IMG/VR virus record: IMGVR_UViG_3300037400_001134
Span: 11,059 to 75,058 of that record
Source: a virus
Taxonomy: Duplodnaviria > Caudoviricetes
DNA length: 64,000 nucleotides
Strand: one strand, 5' to 3'
The notes below the pieces were generated by a model. The model saw only the letters and a program-made list of their open reading frames with translations, was not told the origin of the DNA and ran no database searches. How positions within the stretch are numbered: position 1 is the first letter of the stretch; the number at the start of each line of letters is the position of its first letter. Made by a program: the position numbers and the translations under genes. This document shows positions 29,609 through 38,574 of this stretch, one piece after another.

Positions 29609-30055
29609 ATGAAAACAATAGCATTTAATGAAACAGAATATAAACTTGTCTATACAGTATTTGAAGGAGCCTCAAAGTTACGTATAGTAATATTAAAGGA
29701 AGAAAATGATATACCTTCAGTTTCCACTGATGTAGATGGTTGTGATAAAATCACCATTAAAGAAAATGACGATATAGTTGCTCAGTATACTGGCTTCTCT
29801 TCTTTAGAAGGCATTCAGATTTTTTCAGACTATCCAGTATATGACAGAACAGATAAAGTAATCTGCATTGATACTGTTAATGCAGATGTACAAGCTCAAA
29901 TAGCTACCCTTACTTCACAAGTACAATCACAGGAAGAAGCTATAGCTGAATTAGGTGATACAGTTAATACAGTATCAGAAACTAATGATACACAAGACCA
30001 AGCTATTATTGATTTGTCAGATGCAGTATCAGCTTTAACACCAGAGGAGGGATAA
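29609..30055 (+). CDS. hypothetical protein, fibre-associated (start revised from 29528 to 29609)
   Basis: SD GAAAGGA; C-terminal coiled coil. Confidence 0.7.
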   Translation: MKTIAFNETEYKLVYTVFEGASKLRIVILKEENDIPSVSTDVDGCDKITIKENDDIVAQYTGFSSLEGIQIFSDYPVYDRTDKVICIDTVNADVQAQIATLTSQVQSQEEAIAELGDTVNTVSETNDTQDQAIIDLSDAVSALTPEEG

Positions 30056-30058
30056 AAG

Positions 30059-30202
30059 ATGGGTGAATTTTATGGTAAAAAGATTTTAAGAGGTGAAATT
30101 AACAGAAAAACAGGTGAAGCATGGACTATTGATGATGTACCTAGACTTTGGAAAACTAGAACTATTAAGTGGTTAGAAGAACATACTTCAACTGAAAATT
30201 AA
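30059..30202 (+). CDS. small protein (47 aa), not in ORF track
   Basis: MGEFYGKKI...TIDDVPRLWK...V/IxxxL pattern typical of small post-fibre genes in Clostridia phages; SD GGAGG. Confidence 0.7.
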   Translation: MGEFYGKKILRGEINRKTGEAWTIDDVPRLWKTRTIKWLEEHTSTEN

Positions 30203-30390
30203 CAGATGGAAGCCCTTAGTTATCTTAGGATAGACTTATGAAAGCTCGCTATTCCTACGGGAATGAATGAGAAAGGCAAAGTATATTATAATTTAGATTG
30301 TTTTTAATTGCCTATATGTTACAATATTCATATATGAGGGAAACTTACTATTAGTGGGGGAGGAAAAATTGTATATGAAGGGGTCATATT

Positions 30391-30978
30391 ATGAACGAAA
30401 CAACAAAAACAATCTTAACAATCTTAGGTAGTGGAGCATTTCTCACATTTTTACAATTTCTTATTACACGGTTTGATAATAAAAATAACAAGTTTAAGGA
30501 ATTAGAGAAACGAATTGATGATGGTCTTGAAGAGAGGGAAAAGACTGGCAAAAATCGTTATGATGAACATAAGATAGCCATAGAGAAGATGACAGTTGAG
30601 CATCAGAAAGACTTTCAGGCATTACAGGATGCTATACAAAGACTAGCACAGAATGATTCTAAATTAACTGAAAGTATTCAGCAGATTGCAGAGAAACAAG
30701 ATATAATGGCTGATGCTAATGTTGGGATGATTCATAATACGTTGATTCGATTCTCCGACCCAATAATTGAACGGGGAGCAGTTACTTATGATGAGTTATC
30801 CACACTGGACAGTCTATATGTGCCTTATTCAAAACTAGGTGGTAATGGTGCTTGCAAAAGACGTTATGAAGATATAAATAAGTTGGAGAAAGTTTCAGAT
30901 GAGAAAGCGATTATGCTTGACAGAGACCTCACAAAGCGAAAACGCCAAGAGGAAGAAGAATATTTCAGGACTGGATAA
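30391..30978 (+). CDS. membrane-anchored coiled-coil protein (lysis region)
   Basis: N-terminal hydrophobic helix ILTILGSGAFLTFLQFLI; YSKLGGNG motif. Confidence 0.7.
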   Translation: MNETTKTILTILGSGAFLTFLQFLITRFDNKNNKFKELEKRIDDGLEEREKTGKNRYDEHKIAIEKMTVEHQKDFQALQDAIQRLAQNDSKLTESIQQIAEKQDIMADANVGMIHNTLIRFSDPIIERGAVTYDELSTLDSLYVPYSKLGGNGACKRRYEDINKLEKVSDEKAIMLDRDLTKRKRQEEEEYFRTG

Positions 30979-31165
30979 ATATATCATCTTTTCCTTTTCT
31001 ATATTGATTTTGTATTCTATTGCAGAATTTATATTTTCCACCTTAACTACAATAGCACACGATACATTAACAACGGCGGTGTATGGTGCATTTGGTGGAG
31101 AATTGTTATTATGTGCAATCATTAAAAAATATAAATTAAGAAAAGAGGATAATATAAATGGATGA
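30899..31165 (+). CDS. two-helix membrane protein (holin-associated)
   Basis: Two hydrophobic segments; FGGELLLCAIIK motif; start uncertain. Confidence 0.6.
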   Translation: MRKRLCLTETSQSENAKRKKNISGLDKYIIFSFSILILYSIAEFIFSTLTTIAHDTLTTAVYGAFGGELLLCAIIKKYKLRKEDNING

Positions 31166-31475
31166 GTTTGTGTTTGCAATTTTAGAAGGACTTGTTGGTG
31201 TATGTATAATATATATAATGCGATATGTTATTCCATTTCTCCGCATTAAATTACAGAGTGTAATTGATGTTGTTACATGGGATGCAATCGTAAAGGAAGT
31301 AAAGTCTGTAGAGCAGACAATGAAAGGTAAAGGTCTTGGTGTAGCAAAGAAAGAGGAAGTTCTTGTAAGAATAACAGCTTGGGCTAATAAACATGGTATA
31401 GCTATTACACAGGAACAGATTTCACAGCTTATTGAAACCGCTGTGTTTGTTATGAATAATGAGGATAAGAAATGA
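31158..31475 (+). CDS. holin (LL-H-like)
   Basis: One N-terminal TM helix; VKSVEQ...G..KKEEV...LIETAV pattern; directly before the endolysin. Confidence 0.8.
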   Translation: MDEFVFAILEGLVGVCIIYIMRYVIPFLRIKLQSVIDVVTWDAIVKEVKSVEQTMKGKGLGVAKKEEVLVRITAWANKHGIAITQEQISQLIETAVFVMNNEDKK

Positions 31476-32176
31476 ATACTCCAGATAAAGTAATTAAGAT
31501 AGCAACCAATGAAGTTGGTTATCTTGAAAAGTCTAAAATCTCTTATCAGAAAAATCCCGAAATAATATATGAAAAGACTGCAGGTGCAGGTCAAGACAAT
31601 TACACTAAATACGGAAAAGATATGCATGATATTTACCCGAGTGTAATGGACTTTCCGGCTGCTTGGTGTGATGCTTTTGTTGATTGGTGCTTCTACAAAG
31701 CATATGGAGTAACAACTGCGAAGTCTTTGCTTCATGGTAATTTTGATGATTATACAGTATCTTCATGCGATATGTACCGCAGACATAATGCTTTATATAG
31801 TACACCTGAAATTGGTGACCAGGTCTTTTTTACAAAGACAGGAACTTATAAGGGGTGTTATCACACAGGTCTTGTCTATAAAGTAGATTCAAACTATTTT
31901 TACACAATAGAAGGCAATACTTCTAATGCTGATAAAGTAGTAGCCAATGGTGGGGGTGTAGCTAAAAAGAAGTATTCTATATCGTATTATAAGAATAAAG
32001 CTCTATTTGGTCGCCCTAAATATGATGTGGCACAAAAATCTTTAGATGAAATAGCGCAAGAAGTAAAAGCAGGAAAATGGGGTAATAACCCTGAGAGAGC
32101 TAACAGACTTAGAGTTGCAGGATATAACCCATCTATTGTACAAGCAAAAGTGAATGAACTGCTAAAGAAAGGTTAA
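31472..32176 (+). CDS. endolysin, CHAP domain plus Cpl-7 cell-wall-binding domain
   Basis: NYTKYG, AWCDAFV, HTGLV, TIEGNTS; KSLDEIAQEVKAGKWGNNPER...GY...VQAKVN. Confidence 0.92.
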   Translation: MNTPDKVIKIATNEVGYLEKSKISYQKNPEIIYEKTAGAGQDNYTKYGKDMHDIYPSVMDFPAAWCDAFVDWCFYKAYGVTTAKSLLHGNFDDYTVSSCDMYRRHNALYSTPEIGDQVFFTKTGTYKGCYHTGLVYKVDSNYFYTIEGNTSNADKVVANGGGVAKKKYSISYYKNKALFGRPKYDVAQKSLDEIAQEVKAGKWGNNPERANRLRVAGYNPSIVQAKVNELLKKG

Positions 32177-32184
32177 TTGACATA

Positions 32185-32460
32185 ATGGAAGATAAACGAG
32201 ACGTACTATCATACTTTGCAGTGGAAGGTATAATGACACATTTTACATTTGTCATAAGAAGGCTAATTGTTACAATTATTGTAATATTAGTTTTATGGGC
32301 AGCTACGATAGCCGGGTTTATCTGGTATCTGAGTTTACCAGTTGAGGTAACTTCTGATATATCAGTAGAGAATCAGGACGGAAATGCAAATTACATTGGA
32401 AATGATATGAATGGAGACTTTAACTATGGCGAAAGTGCGAAAAACAACCAGAATCCGTAG
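32185..32460 (+). CDS. single-pass membrane protein (first gene of accessory cassette)
   Basis: TM IVTIIVILVLWAATIAGFIWYL; DGNANYIGNDMNG. Confidence 0.75.
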   Translation: MEDKRDVLSYFAVEGIMTHFTFVIRRLIVTIIVILVLWAATIAGFIWYLSLPVEVTSDISVENQDGNANYIGNDMNGDFNYGESAKNNQNP

Positions 32461-32499
32461 AGCAGTAAGAAGTAGAAACTCAGGCAAAAGGCGTAAAAG

Positions 32500-32712
32500 A
32501 TGAAACTAGATGATATGGATAATTATGAGATTGCAGAAGCCATAGATAGATATGTTCGTGGTGAAAGAGCTAGAGCCATACTAAAGCGCAGATTACTTGA
32601 TGAGATATGCTATGAACCTCTTGCTGAGGAATTTGAAATATCTGTTTCTCAGCTTAAAAGGATATTGAGCAAAGCTCAGGAACAATTATTCAAACACTTA
32701 GAAAGGAGGTAA
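32500..32712 (+). CDS. sigma-region-4-like HTH regulator (70 aa)
   Basis: R.ILKRRLLD...YEPLAEEFEISVSQLKRIL. Confidence 0.8.
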   Translation: MKLDDMDNYEIAEAIDRYVRGERARAILKRRLLDEICYEPLAEEFEISVSQLKRILSKAQEQLFKHLERR

Positions 32713-32717
32713 CTAAG

Positions 32718-32957
32718 ATGACACTATTGGCATTTATGTCAGCACTAAAGACGGAGGGTGTAAAAGTAACTCTGATAGATAGTGACGGTAAAGAGATAAT
32801 TAAATTCTATTCAAATGGATATGCTGGAGTAGAGTCTGAGATTTTAGCATTGACAGTTAAGAAGTTTGAACTGCCAGCTAATAACACTCTCAATATAACT
32901 CTTAATGATGCACCATCTGGTTCAGGTACATCATCTTCAACACCATATAATCCATGA
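32718..32957 (+). CDS. hypothetical protein (79 aa)
   Basis: SD AAAGGAGG. Confidence 0.75.
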   Translation: MTLLAFMSALKTEGVKVTLIDSDGKEIIKFYSNGYAGVESEILALTVKKFELPANNTLNITLNDAPSGSGTSSSTPYNP

Positions 32958-33001
32958 TTTATTTCTGAACTAAATATTGATTCTAAATGAGCTTAATATG
33001 A
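32955..33001 (+). repeat. helically phased TGA-headed direct repeats
   Basis: TGA at 32955, 32966, 32978, 32988, 32999 (spacing 11, 12, 10, 11); a weaker second set starts at 33657. Confidence 0.55.
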
Positions 33002-33010
33002 CACTTCCTA

Positions 33011-33053
33011 TTGAATAGTCTATATTATCACATTATAATGATAGTATAGACTA
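33011..33053 (+). promoter_or_regulatory. consensus promoter embedded in an inverted repeat
   Basis: TTGAAT-17-TATAAT; arms ATAGTCTATA...TATAGACTAT. Confidence 0.7.
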
Positions 33054-33074
33054 TTTTTTAAGGAGGTTATTTAT

Positions 33075-33659
33075 ATGTATTATGTGTATATGCACAAGGC
33101 GCCAAATGGAAAGATTTATGTAGGTCAGTCAAGACATCCAGTATCAAGATGGGGTGATGGAGGCGGGTATTATCAAAACGAAGAATTTACAAGAGATATA
33201 GAAATTTATGGATGGAACGCCATCGAACATTATATATTGAAAGCCTGTCAGACTTTAGAAGAGGCACTACTTTATGAGGCGTTGTTTATTGTACACTTCG
33301 ATAGTGAAGAAAACGGTTATAACTTCACACAATATAAGAAAAATGTTATAGAGGGTGATAGCAATAGAAAGCCTATTAGTGATTATCAGTCGATTCTAAA
33401 TTCAAATTATTCTGATTTAGAGCTTGACCTTGAAGATTCCCAGTCAAAAAATATCTTTGTAAAGAACGGCATACCTATATCAGAGGCGAAACACTTAATA
33501 AATGAATGGATATATAGTGATAGAGACCGCAATATCTTGATAGACAGATTTTTAAATGGCATAGACCTTGCTGAGTTGGCGAATAAATATGAGATGTCTT
33601 TATCTCAGATTAAGCGAGTGATTGCGTCTGGTCAAAGTGATTTAGAGAAACATATTTGA
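33075..33659 (+). CDS. GIY-YIG endonuclease fused to a sigma-4-like HTH
   Basis: YVYMHKAPNGKIYVG...SRW...EALLYEALFI; C-terminus paralogous to the 32500 HTH. Confidence 0.8.
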   Translation: MYYVYMHKAPNGKIYVGQSRHPVSRWGDGGGYYQNEEFTRDIEIYGWNAIEHYILKACQTLEEALLYEALFIVHFDSEENGYNFTQYKKNVIEGDSNRKPISDYQSILNSNYSDLELDLEDSQSKNIFVKNGIPISEAKHLINEWIYSDRDRNILIDRFLNGIDLAELANKYEMSLSQIKRVIASGQSDLEKHI

Positions 33660-33700
33660 ACCTAATGTGATATAAAAGTTAATTAAATAAAGTCTAAAAT

Positions 33701-33740
33701 AGAGACTCTAACGGACTCGTTAGAGTCTCTTTCTTTTTCT
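33701..33740 (+). terminator. hairpin/terminator or operator before the peptidase-like gene
   Basis: AGAGACTCTAACG-GACT-CGTTAGAGTCTCT (13 bp) then TTCTTTTT. Confidence 0.65.
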
Positions 33741-33751
33741 ATCATTTAAGT

Positions 33752-34129
33752 ATGTACAAATACTTCAATCCAAACCCAGATAAAAAGAATATTGGAGACT
33801 GTGTTATAAGGGCAGTATGTGTGGCAACAGATTGTGATTGGGAAACAGCTTATACAAAAGTTGTTGCAAGAGGTTTTGTGATGCACGATATGCCATCTTC
33901 TGATGATGTGTGGGGGACACAGCTATATTATGAGGGGTTCATTAGAGAGATTATACCTAATACTTGCCCTTATTGTTACACAGTAAAAGATTTCTGTAAA
34001 GAACATCCCGAGGGAGTTTATGTTCTAGGTACCGGTACTCATGCAGTATGTGTAAAAGATGGAGATTACTATGATGCGTGGGATAGCGGAGATAAAGTAC
34101 CACTATTTTATTGGCGAAAGGAGAGATAG
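33752..34129 (+). CDS. papain-fold (C39-like) peptidase-like protein
   Basis: GDCVIRA (Cys), GTHAVCV (His), YYDAWDSG (Asp); no SD, with a -10 TATCAT 6 nt upstream. Confidence 0.65.
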   Translation: MYKYFNPNPDKKNIGDCVIRAVCVATDCDWETAYTKVVARGFVMHDMPSSDDVWGTQLYYEGFIREIIPNTCPYCYTVKDFCKEHPEGVYVLGTGTHAVCVKDGDYYDAWDSGDKVPLFYWRKER

Positions 34130-34131
34130 AT

Positions 34132-34614
34132 ATGCCATACTTTAATAACAATCCATATCAGCAGAGTTACAACACTTCTTATGGTCAGGGTATGGGACAG
34201 CAAAGCTATAATCAAGGCAATAGCTATGGTCAGCAGTCTTATAACCCACCTCAGATGCAGATGGCTCAGCCATCACAGTCATCAACAATCAATTGGGTTC
34301 AAGGTGATGTAGGTGCGAGAGCTTATCCTATTCAGCCTGGAATGTCTGTGTTATTGATGGACTCAGAGGGGCAGAACTTCTACATTAAGTCAGCAGATAC
34401 AATGGGTATGCCTAATTTAAAGAAGTACGCATATTCAGAAGTTGTAGAAGAACCTATGAGACTAGAATCTCACGAGGCTAAACAGATTGACACAGCATTT
34501 AGTGCCACAAGAGAAGAAGTAAAACAGTTACATGAGGAAATCAGAAGTCTTAAAGAACAGATAGCAAGAATGGAAAGCGAGTCAAAACCAAGTGGAGGCA
34601 GAAAGAATGGCTAA
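34132..34614 (+). CDS. protein with SYGQ-type low-complexity N-terminus (start revised from 34111 to 34132)
   Basis: SD AAGGAG; NNNPYQQSYNTSYGQGMGQQSYNQGNSYGQQSY, then WVQG..GARAYPI..G.SVLLMDSE domain. Confidence 0.8.
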   Translation: MPYFNNNPYQQSYNTSYGQGMGQQSYNQGNSYGQQSYNPPQMQMAQPSQSSTINWVQGDVGARAYPIQPGMSVLLMDSEGQNFYIKSADTMGMPNLKKYAYSEVVEEPMRLESHEAKQIDTAFSATREEVKQLHEEIRSLKEQIARMESESKPSGGRKNG

Positions 34615-34870
34615 TTCAGTATTCCAACAACTGAATGGAAACTTGCAACCTACTCAACAAAACTTGCAATCAGATGATATGCAGGCACAATTTGCAAGAT
34701 TTAAACAAAACCCATTGCAATTCCTGTCACAGAGAAATCTTAATATCCCGACTGAATATCAGAATGACCCTCGTTCGGCAGTCAATTACTTAATACAGAA
34801 TGGTCAGATGAATGGCAGGGCTATGCAAAGATTGATGGGAACTTTACAGAGAATGGGATTTAAATTCTAA
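34607..34870 (+). CDS. Gln/Asn-rich small protein (start revised from 34592 to 34607)
   Basis: SD GGAGG; FKQNPLQFL...DPR.AVNYLIQNGQM. Confidence 0.8.
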   Translation: MANSVFQQLNGNLQPTQQNLQSDDMQAQFARFKQNPLQFLSQRNLNIPTEYQNDPRSAVNYLIQNGQMNGRAMQRLMGTLQRMGFKF

Positions 34871-34922
34871 GGTTTCAATCCTTGCAAGGGAAACAATACA
34901 AATATTTAGAAAGGAGAATACT

Positions 34923-35855
34923 ATGGATAGCAGTACAAATATGTATATGCCAGTAGCTCCAGCCTATGGCTACGGAAACAACGGTTTCGGTGGCAGTTGG
35001 GGAGGTGATGGATGGTGGATTATACTATTCCTCTTCGCTCTCATGGGCAATAGCTTTGGCGGATGGGGAGGATTTGGTAATGGATTTGGAGGCTATGGAA
35101 ACATGGCACTAAGTTACGACTTCCCATGGTTAATGAACGGTCAGCAGGGCATCAATAGTAATGTCAATGATGGTTTTAGAGATGCACAGTTAGCTTCTCA
35201 GCTTTCAGGCATTCAGAGTGCTGTAACAAGTGGATTTGGTGATACTGCTCTTGGTATTGCTGGTATCAATCAGAACATCTGTCAGACAGGTAATGGCATA
35301 ACTGCAGCCGTAACAAATGGTTTTGCTAATGCAGAAGTAGCTAATAATGCTAGACAGATTGCTAATATGCAACAGGCATTCAATGCTCAGACCTCAGTTA
35401 CTAATGGACTGAATACAGTAGGTATGTCTTTACAGAATTGTTGCTGTGAGAACAGGCAGAATATAGCAGACCTTAAGTACACCGTAGCAACTGAAAATTG
35501 TGCAGATAGAGCCGCTTCTTATCAGAATACAAGAGATATTATTGATTCTCAGACAAGGGGCACACAGGCAGTATTGGATAAACTCTGTCAGCTTGAACTT
35601 GATAATGTTAAAGCACAGGTTGAAGCGAAGAATGACCAGATTAGAGGATTACAGAGCCAGCTCAACATGGCAGCTCTTAGAGAAAGTCAGAATGCCCAGA
35701 ACGCATTTATTCAGCAGGGCTTCTCAGATGAGGTAGACCAGCTCTACAACAGACTCAACAACTGTCCTGTTCCTTCAACTCCTGTATATGGCAGAACCCC
35801 TATCTTCACTTGCAATCAGAATATGGGATGTGGTTGTGGATGCGGTGTAGCATAA
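34923..35855 (+). CDS. Gly-rich / hydrophobic / coiled-coil / Cys-rich protein (310 aa)
   Basis: GGSWGGDGWWIILFLFALMG; QNCCCEN; C-terminus CNQNMGCGCGCG. Confidence 0.85.
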   Translation: MDSSTNMYMPVAPAYGYGNNGFGGSWGGDGWWIILFLFALMGNSFGGWGGFGNGFGGYGNMALSYDFPWLMNGQQGINSNVNDGFRDAQLASQLSGIQSAVTSGFGDTALGIAGINQNICQTGNGITAAVTNGFANAEVANNARQIANMQQAFNAQTSVTNGLNTVGMSLQNCCCENRQNIADLKYTVATENCADRAASYQNTRDIIDSQTRGTQAVLDKLCQLELDNVKAQVEAKNDQIRGLQSQLNMAALRESQNAQNAFIQQGFSDEVDQLYNRLNNCPVPSTPVYGRTPIFTCNQNMGCGCGCGVA

Positions 35856-35869
35856 AGTGAGGTGATACT

Positions 35870-36325
35870 ATGGCAGAGTTTACAAATAATCCTGTACAGT
35901 TGGTTAATCCTAATCAGCCTGTTATTTTAAATACCTCTATCAGATGCCCTAAAGGATATGTTCTGCATAGAAATGAATCTGGAATAGTAACTCTTCGTGG
36001 TATCGTTAATAATAATCTTGGATGTTTTGCCCGTTATCAGGTTACCTTCAATGGAAACATTGCAGTACCTGAGGGCGGAACACCTGGACCTATTGCGATA
36101 GCACTTACTCTTGGTGGAGAACCTATTCTCACATCAAGAGCAATAGTTACACCTGCAGCCGCTGATGAATACTTTAATGTAACCTCTACTGCAATTATTA
36201 CAGTTCCTAGAGGATGTTGTTTCAATGTCTCTGTAGACAATATTTCAGAGCCAACTTCACCTACGGCAGTAGCTCCACAGATAAATGTTCAAAATGCAAA
36301 CCTTGTAGTTAGCCGCATAGCATGA
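35870..36325 (+). CDS. BclA-C-terminal/C1q-like beta-sandwich protein
   Basis: HRNESGIVTLRG...RYQVTFNGNIAVP...IAIAL..GEPI..S...NVSVDN; resemblance by eye. Confidence 0.6.
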   Translation: MAEFTNNPVQLVNPNQPVILNTSIRCPKGYVLHRNESGIVTLRGIVNNNLGCFARYQVTFNGNIAVPEGGTPGPIAIALTLGGEPILTSRAIVTPAAADEYFNVTSTAIITVPRGCCFNVSVDNISEPTSPTAVAPQINVQNANLVVSRIA

Positions 36326-36338
36326 AAGGAGATAGCTT

Positions 36339-36734
36339 ATGTCAAAGAAATTAGAGAGTCTCCGTGATACTCTTTGCGGAGAACTAGAAAAGGTAGCAAG
36401 GAAAGAAGAAATCAATATGTCTGACCTTGATGTTATAGACAAGCTCACACACTCAATCAAGAACCTCGATAAAGTAATGCTTGGTAATGAAATGATAGAA
36501 GAATACGGGTATGACTTTCCCAGTTACAGTGGTGCTAGAAGAGGACGAGATGGAGATAGTGACGGGAGATATAACGAAGGAAGAAGAGGAAGAAGCCGTG
36601 ACAGCTACGACAGAGACGGAAGAAGCTATGAAAGAGATTATTCCAGAGAAGTCGGTTATAGTGGGCACGACCATGAACGTTCGGACATTGAACGTTTTAA
36701 ACACATGATGCAAGATGCAGTAAATCAACTTTAA
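36339..36734 (+). CDS. helical protein with R/D/G/S/Y low-complexity tail
   Basis: LCGELEKV...DVIDKLTHSIKNLDK, then RRGRDGDSDGRYNEGRRGRSRDSY. Confidence 0.8.
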   Translation: MSKKLESLRDTLCGELEKVARKEEINMSDLDVIDKLTHSIKNLDKVMLGNEMIEEYGYDFPSYSGARRGRDGDSDGRYNEGRRGRSRDSYDRDGRSYERDYSREVGYSGHDHERSDIERFKHMMQDAVNQL

Positions 36735-36748
36735 ATAAGAAGTAATTC

Positions 36749-36781
36749 AGAGCCAGCTAATTATAGCTGGCTCTTTCTTTT
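36749..36781 (+). terminator. intrinsic terminator ending the cassette
   Basis: AGAGCCAGCTA-ATTA-TAGCTGGCTCT-TTCTTTT. Confidence 0.85.
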
Positions 36782-36786
36782 GCAGT

Positions 36787-36815
36787 ATTGACAAGCAATT
36801 AAATATGTTATAGAA
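36787..36815 (+). promoter_or_regulatory. promoter for the replication module
   Basis: TTGACA-17-TAGAAT. Confidence 0.75.
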
Positions 36816-36865
36816 TGTTTAGCGTAAAGAAAAATTTGCAATAAAACGATAAAAACGGAGAAACT

Positions 36866-38563
36866 ATGATAACGGTAAGAATTAAGAAATCAAAGTTTAT
36901 GCCTGATGATTATTCAGCGTATCTCTCTTTTCCTTTCAATCAAGATGTGATTGATACTATTAAAGAGTTGAAACATAGAAGCTGGATAAAAGGGTCAAAA
37001 GAATGGGAAATAAGAATTGAAGATTTACCACATATGTTTGAGACATTTCCTAATATGGATTTTGATGTGAGTGGCAGATATGTAGAACTATCCCCTACTA
37101 CTAATTTTAATCTTGATAACTTCTCATTTAAAACTGACTGCTATAAACATCAGAAAGAAGGGTTTAAATATGGTCTGATGCATAATAGATGGTTATTAGG
37201 TGATGACCAAGGGTTAGGCAAGACAAAACAAGTTATAGACATAGCAGTTGCAAGGAAACTTGCATTTGGTTATAGTCATTGTCTTATAATCTGCGGAGTA
37301 AATGGATTAAAGTGGAACTGGATGAATGAGATTAAAAGACATTCAGATGAGACAGGTTATATTCTCGGTCAGAGAGTTAGAAAGAAAACAGGTGAGCTAT
37401 ATATCGGCACTTCTAAAGATAAGCTACATGATATAGAGCATTTGGATGAGATTGACAGTTACTTCATTATTACTAATGTAGAGACACTACGAGATGATGA
37501 TATTAACAGCCAGATAATAAAGTGGTTACACTCTGATACTGACTGTAAGATAAATATGATTGCGGCTGATGAGGTACATAAGATGAAGAATCCATCTAGT
37601 CAGCAAGGTAAAGCATTTATCAAGTTAGATGCTGATTGTAGAATTGCTATGACTGGTACACCTCTTATGAACTCACCTCTTGATTTGTATATCATATTGA
37701 GATGGTTAGGATTTGAGAAACACGCTTTCTATACATTTAAAAACTATTATGCAGTATTTGGTGGATATGGGGGATATCAGATAGTAGGCTATAAACATTT
37801 AGATGAATTAGAAGAACAGCTACAATCTATAATGTTAAGGCGATTGAAAAAGAATGTCTTAGATTTGCCAGAAAAGACATACATAGATGAATATGTGGAT
37901 ATGACTGCTAAACAGTCAGTCATCTATAAAGAGATTAAAGCAGAAATAAAATCTAATATAGATATGATTTCTGTTTCGCCCAATCCTTTAGCAGAGATGA
38001 TAAGACTAAGACAAGCTACAGGTTATACTGGTATTTTATCAAGTCAAGTACAAGAGAGTGCGAAGCTCGATAGGATGATGGAGATTGTAGCAGATGCAAT
38101 AAGTAATGGAAATAAAGTAGTTATATTTAGCAACTGGTCACAAATTGTAGATATAACATATGACAGACTGTACGATAAACAGTACGGCATAATGCGTATA
38201 ACAGGAGATACTGCTGATAGTCAGAGGCAGGGTATAGTTGATGCTTTTCAAAATACTGATATGTGCAGAGTTCTTATAGGAACTACTGGTGCTATGGGTA
38301 CTGGACTAACTCTTACTGCCGCGAGTGTTGTAATATTTTTAGACCATCCATGGAACAAAGCCAACTATGACCAGTGTGTTGATAGATGCCACAGAATAGG
38401 TCAAAATAAAAATATCACTATATATAATTTATTAGCTAAAAATACTATCGACGAGAGGGTATGGGAATTAGTTAAACATAAAGGTGAACTTAGTGACCAG
38501 ATTGTAGACAAAGCAGGTAAAGTAATGACAAATAAAGATATTGCAGAATATCTATTAAGTTAA
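36866..38563 (+). CDS. SNF2-family helicase with HARP-like N-terminus
   Basis: LGDDQGLGKT, DEVH, MTGTPLMN, GTGLTLT, QCVDRCHRIGQ. Confidence 0.92.
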   Translation: MITVRIKKSKFMPDDYSAYLSFPFNQDVIDTIKELKHRSWIKGSKEWEIRIEDLPHMFETFPNMDFDVSGRYVELSPTTNFNLDNFSFKTDCYKHQKEGFKYGLMHNRWLLGDDQGLGKTKQVIDIAVARKLAFGYSHCLIICGVNGLKWNWMNEIKRHSDETGYILGQRVRKKTGELYIGTSKDKLHDIEHLDEIDSYFIITNVETLRDDDINSQIIKWLHSDTDCKINMIAADEVHKMKNPSSQQGKAFIKLDADCRIAMTGTPLMNSPLDLYIILRWLGFEKHAFYTFKNYYAVFGGYGGYQIVGYKHLDELEEQLQSIMLRRLKKNVLDLPEKTYIDEYVDMTAKQSVIYKEIKAEIKSNIDMISVSPNPLAEMIRLRQATGYTGILSSQVQESAKLDRMMEIVADAISNGNKVVIFSNWSQIVDITYDRLYDKQYGIMRITGDTADSQRQGIVDAFQNTDMCRVLIGTTGAMGTGLTLTAASVVIFLDHPWNKANYDQCVDRCHRIGQNKNITIYNLLAKNTIDERVWELVKHKGELSDQIVDKAGKVMTNKDIAEYLLS

Positions 38564-38574
38564 AGGAGAAATTT

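Noticed and set aside
30211-30277. Hammerhead ribozyme
   Set aside because: The core reads CUUAUGA rather than CUGAUGA (essential G5 missing), and stem II lacks the G10.1-C11.1 closing pair.
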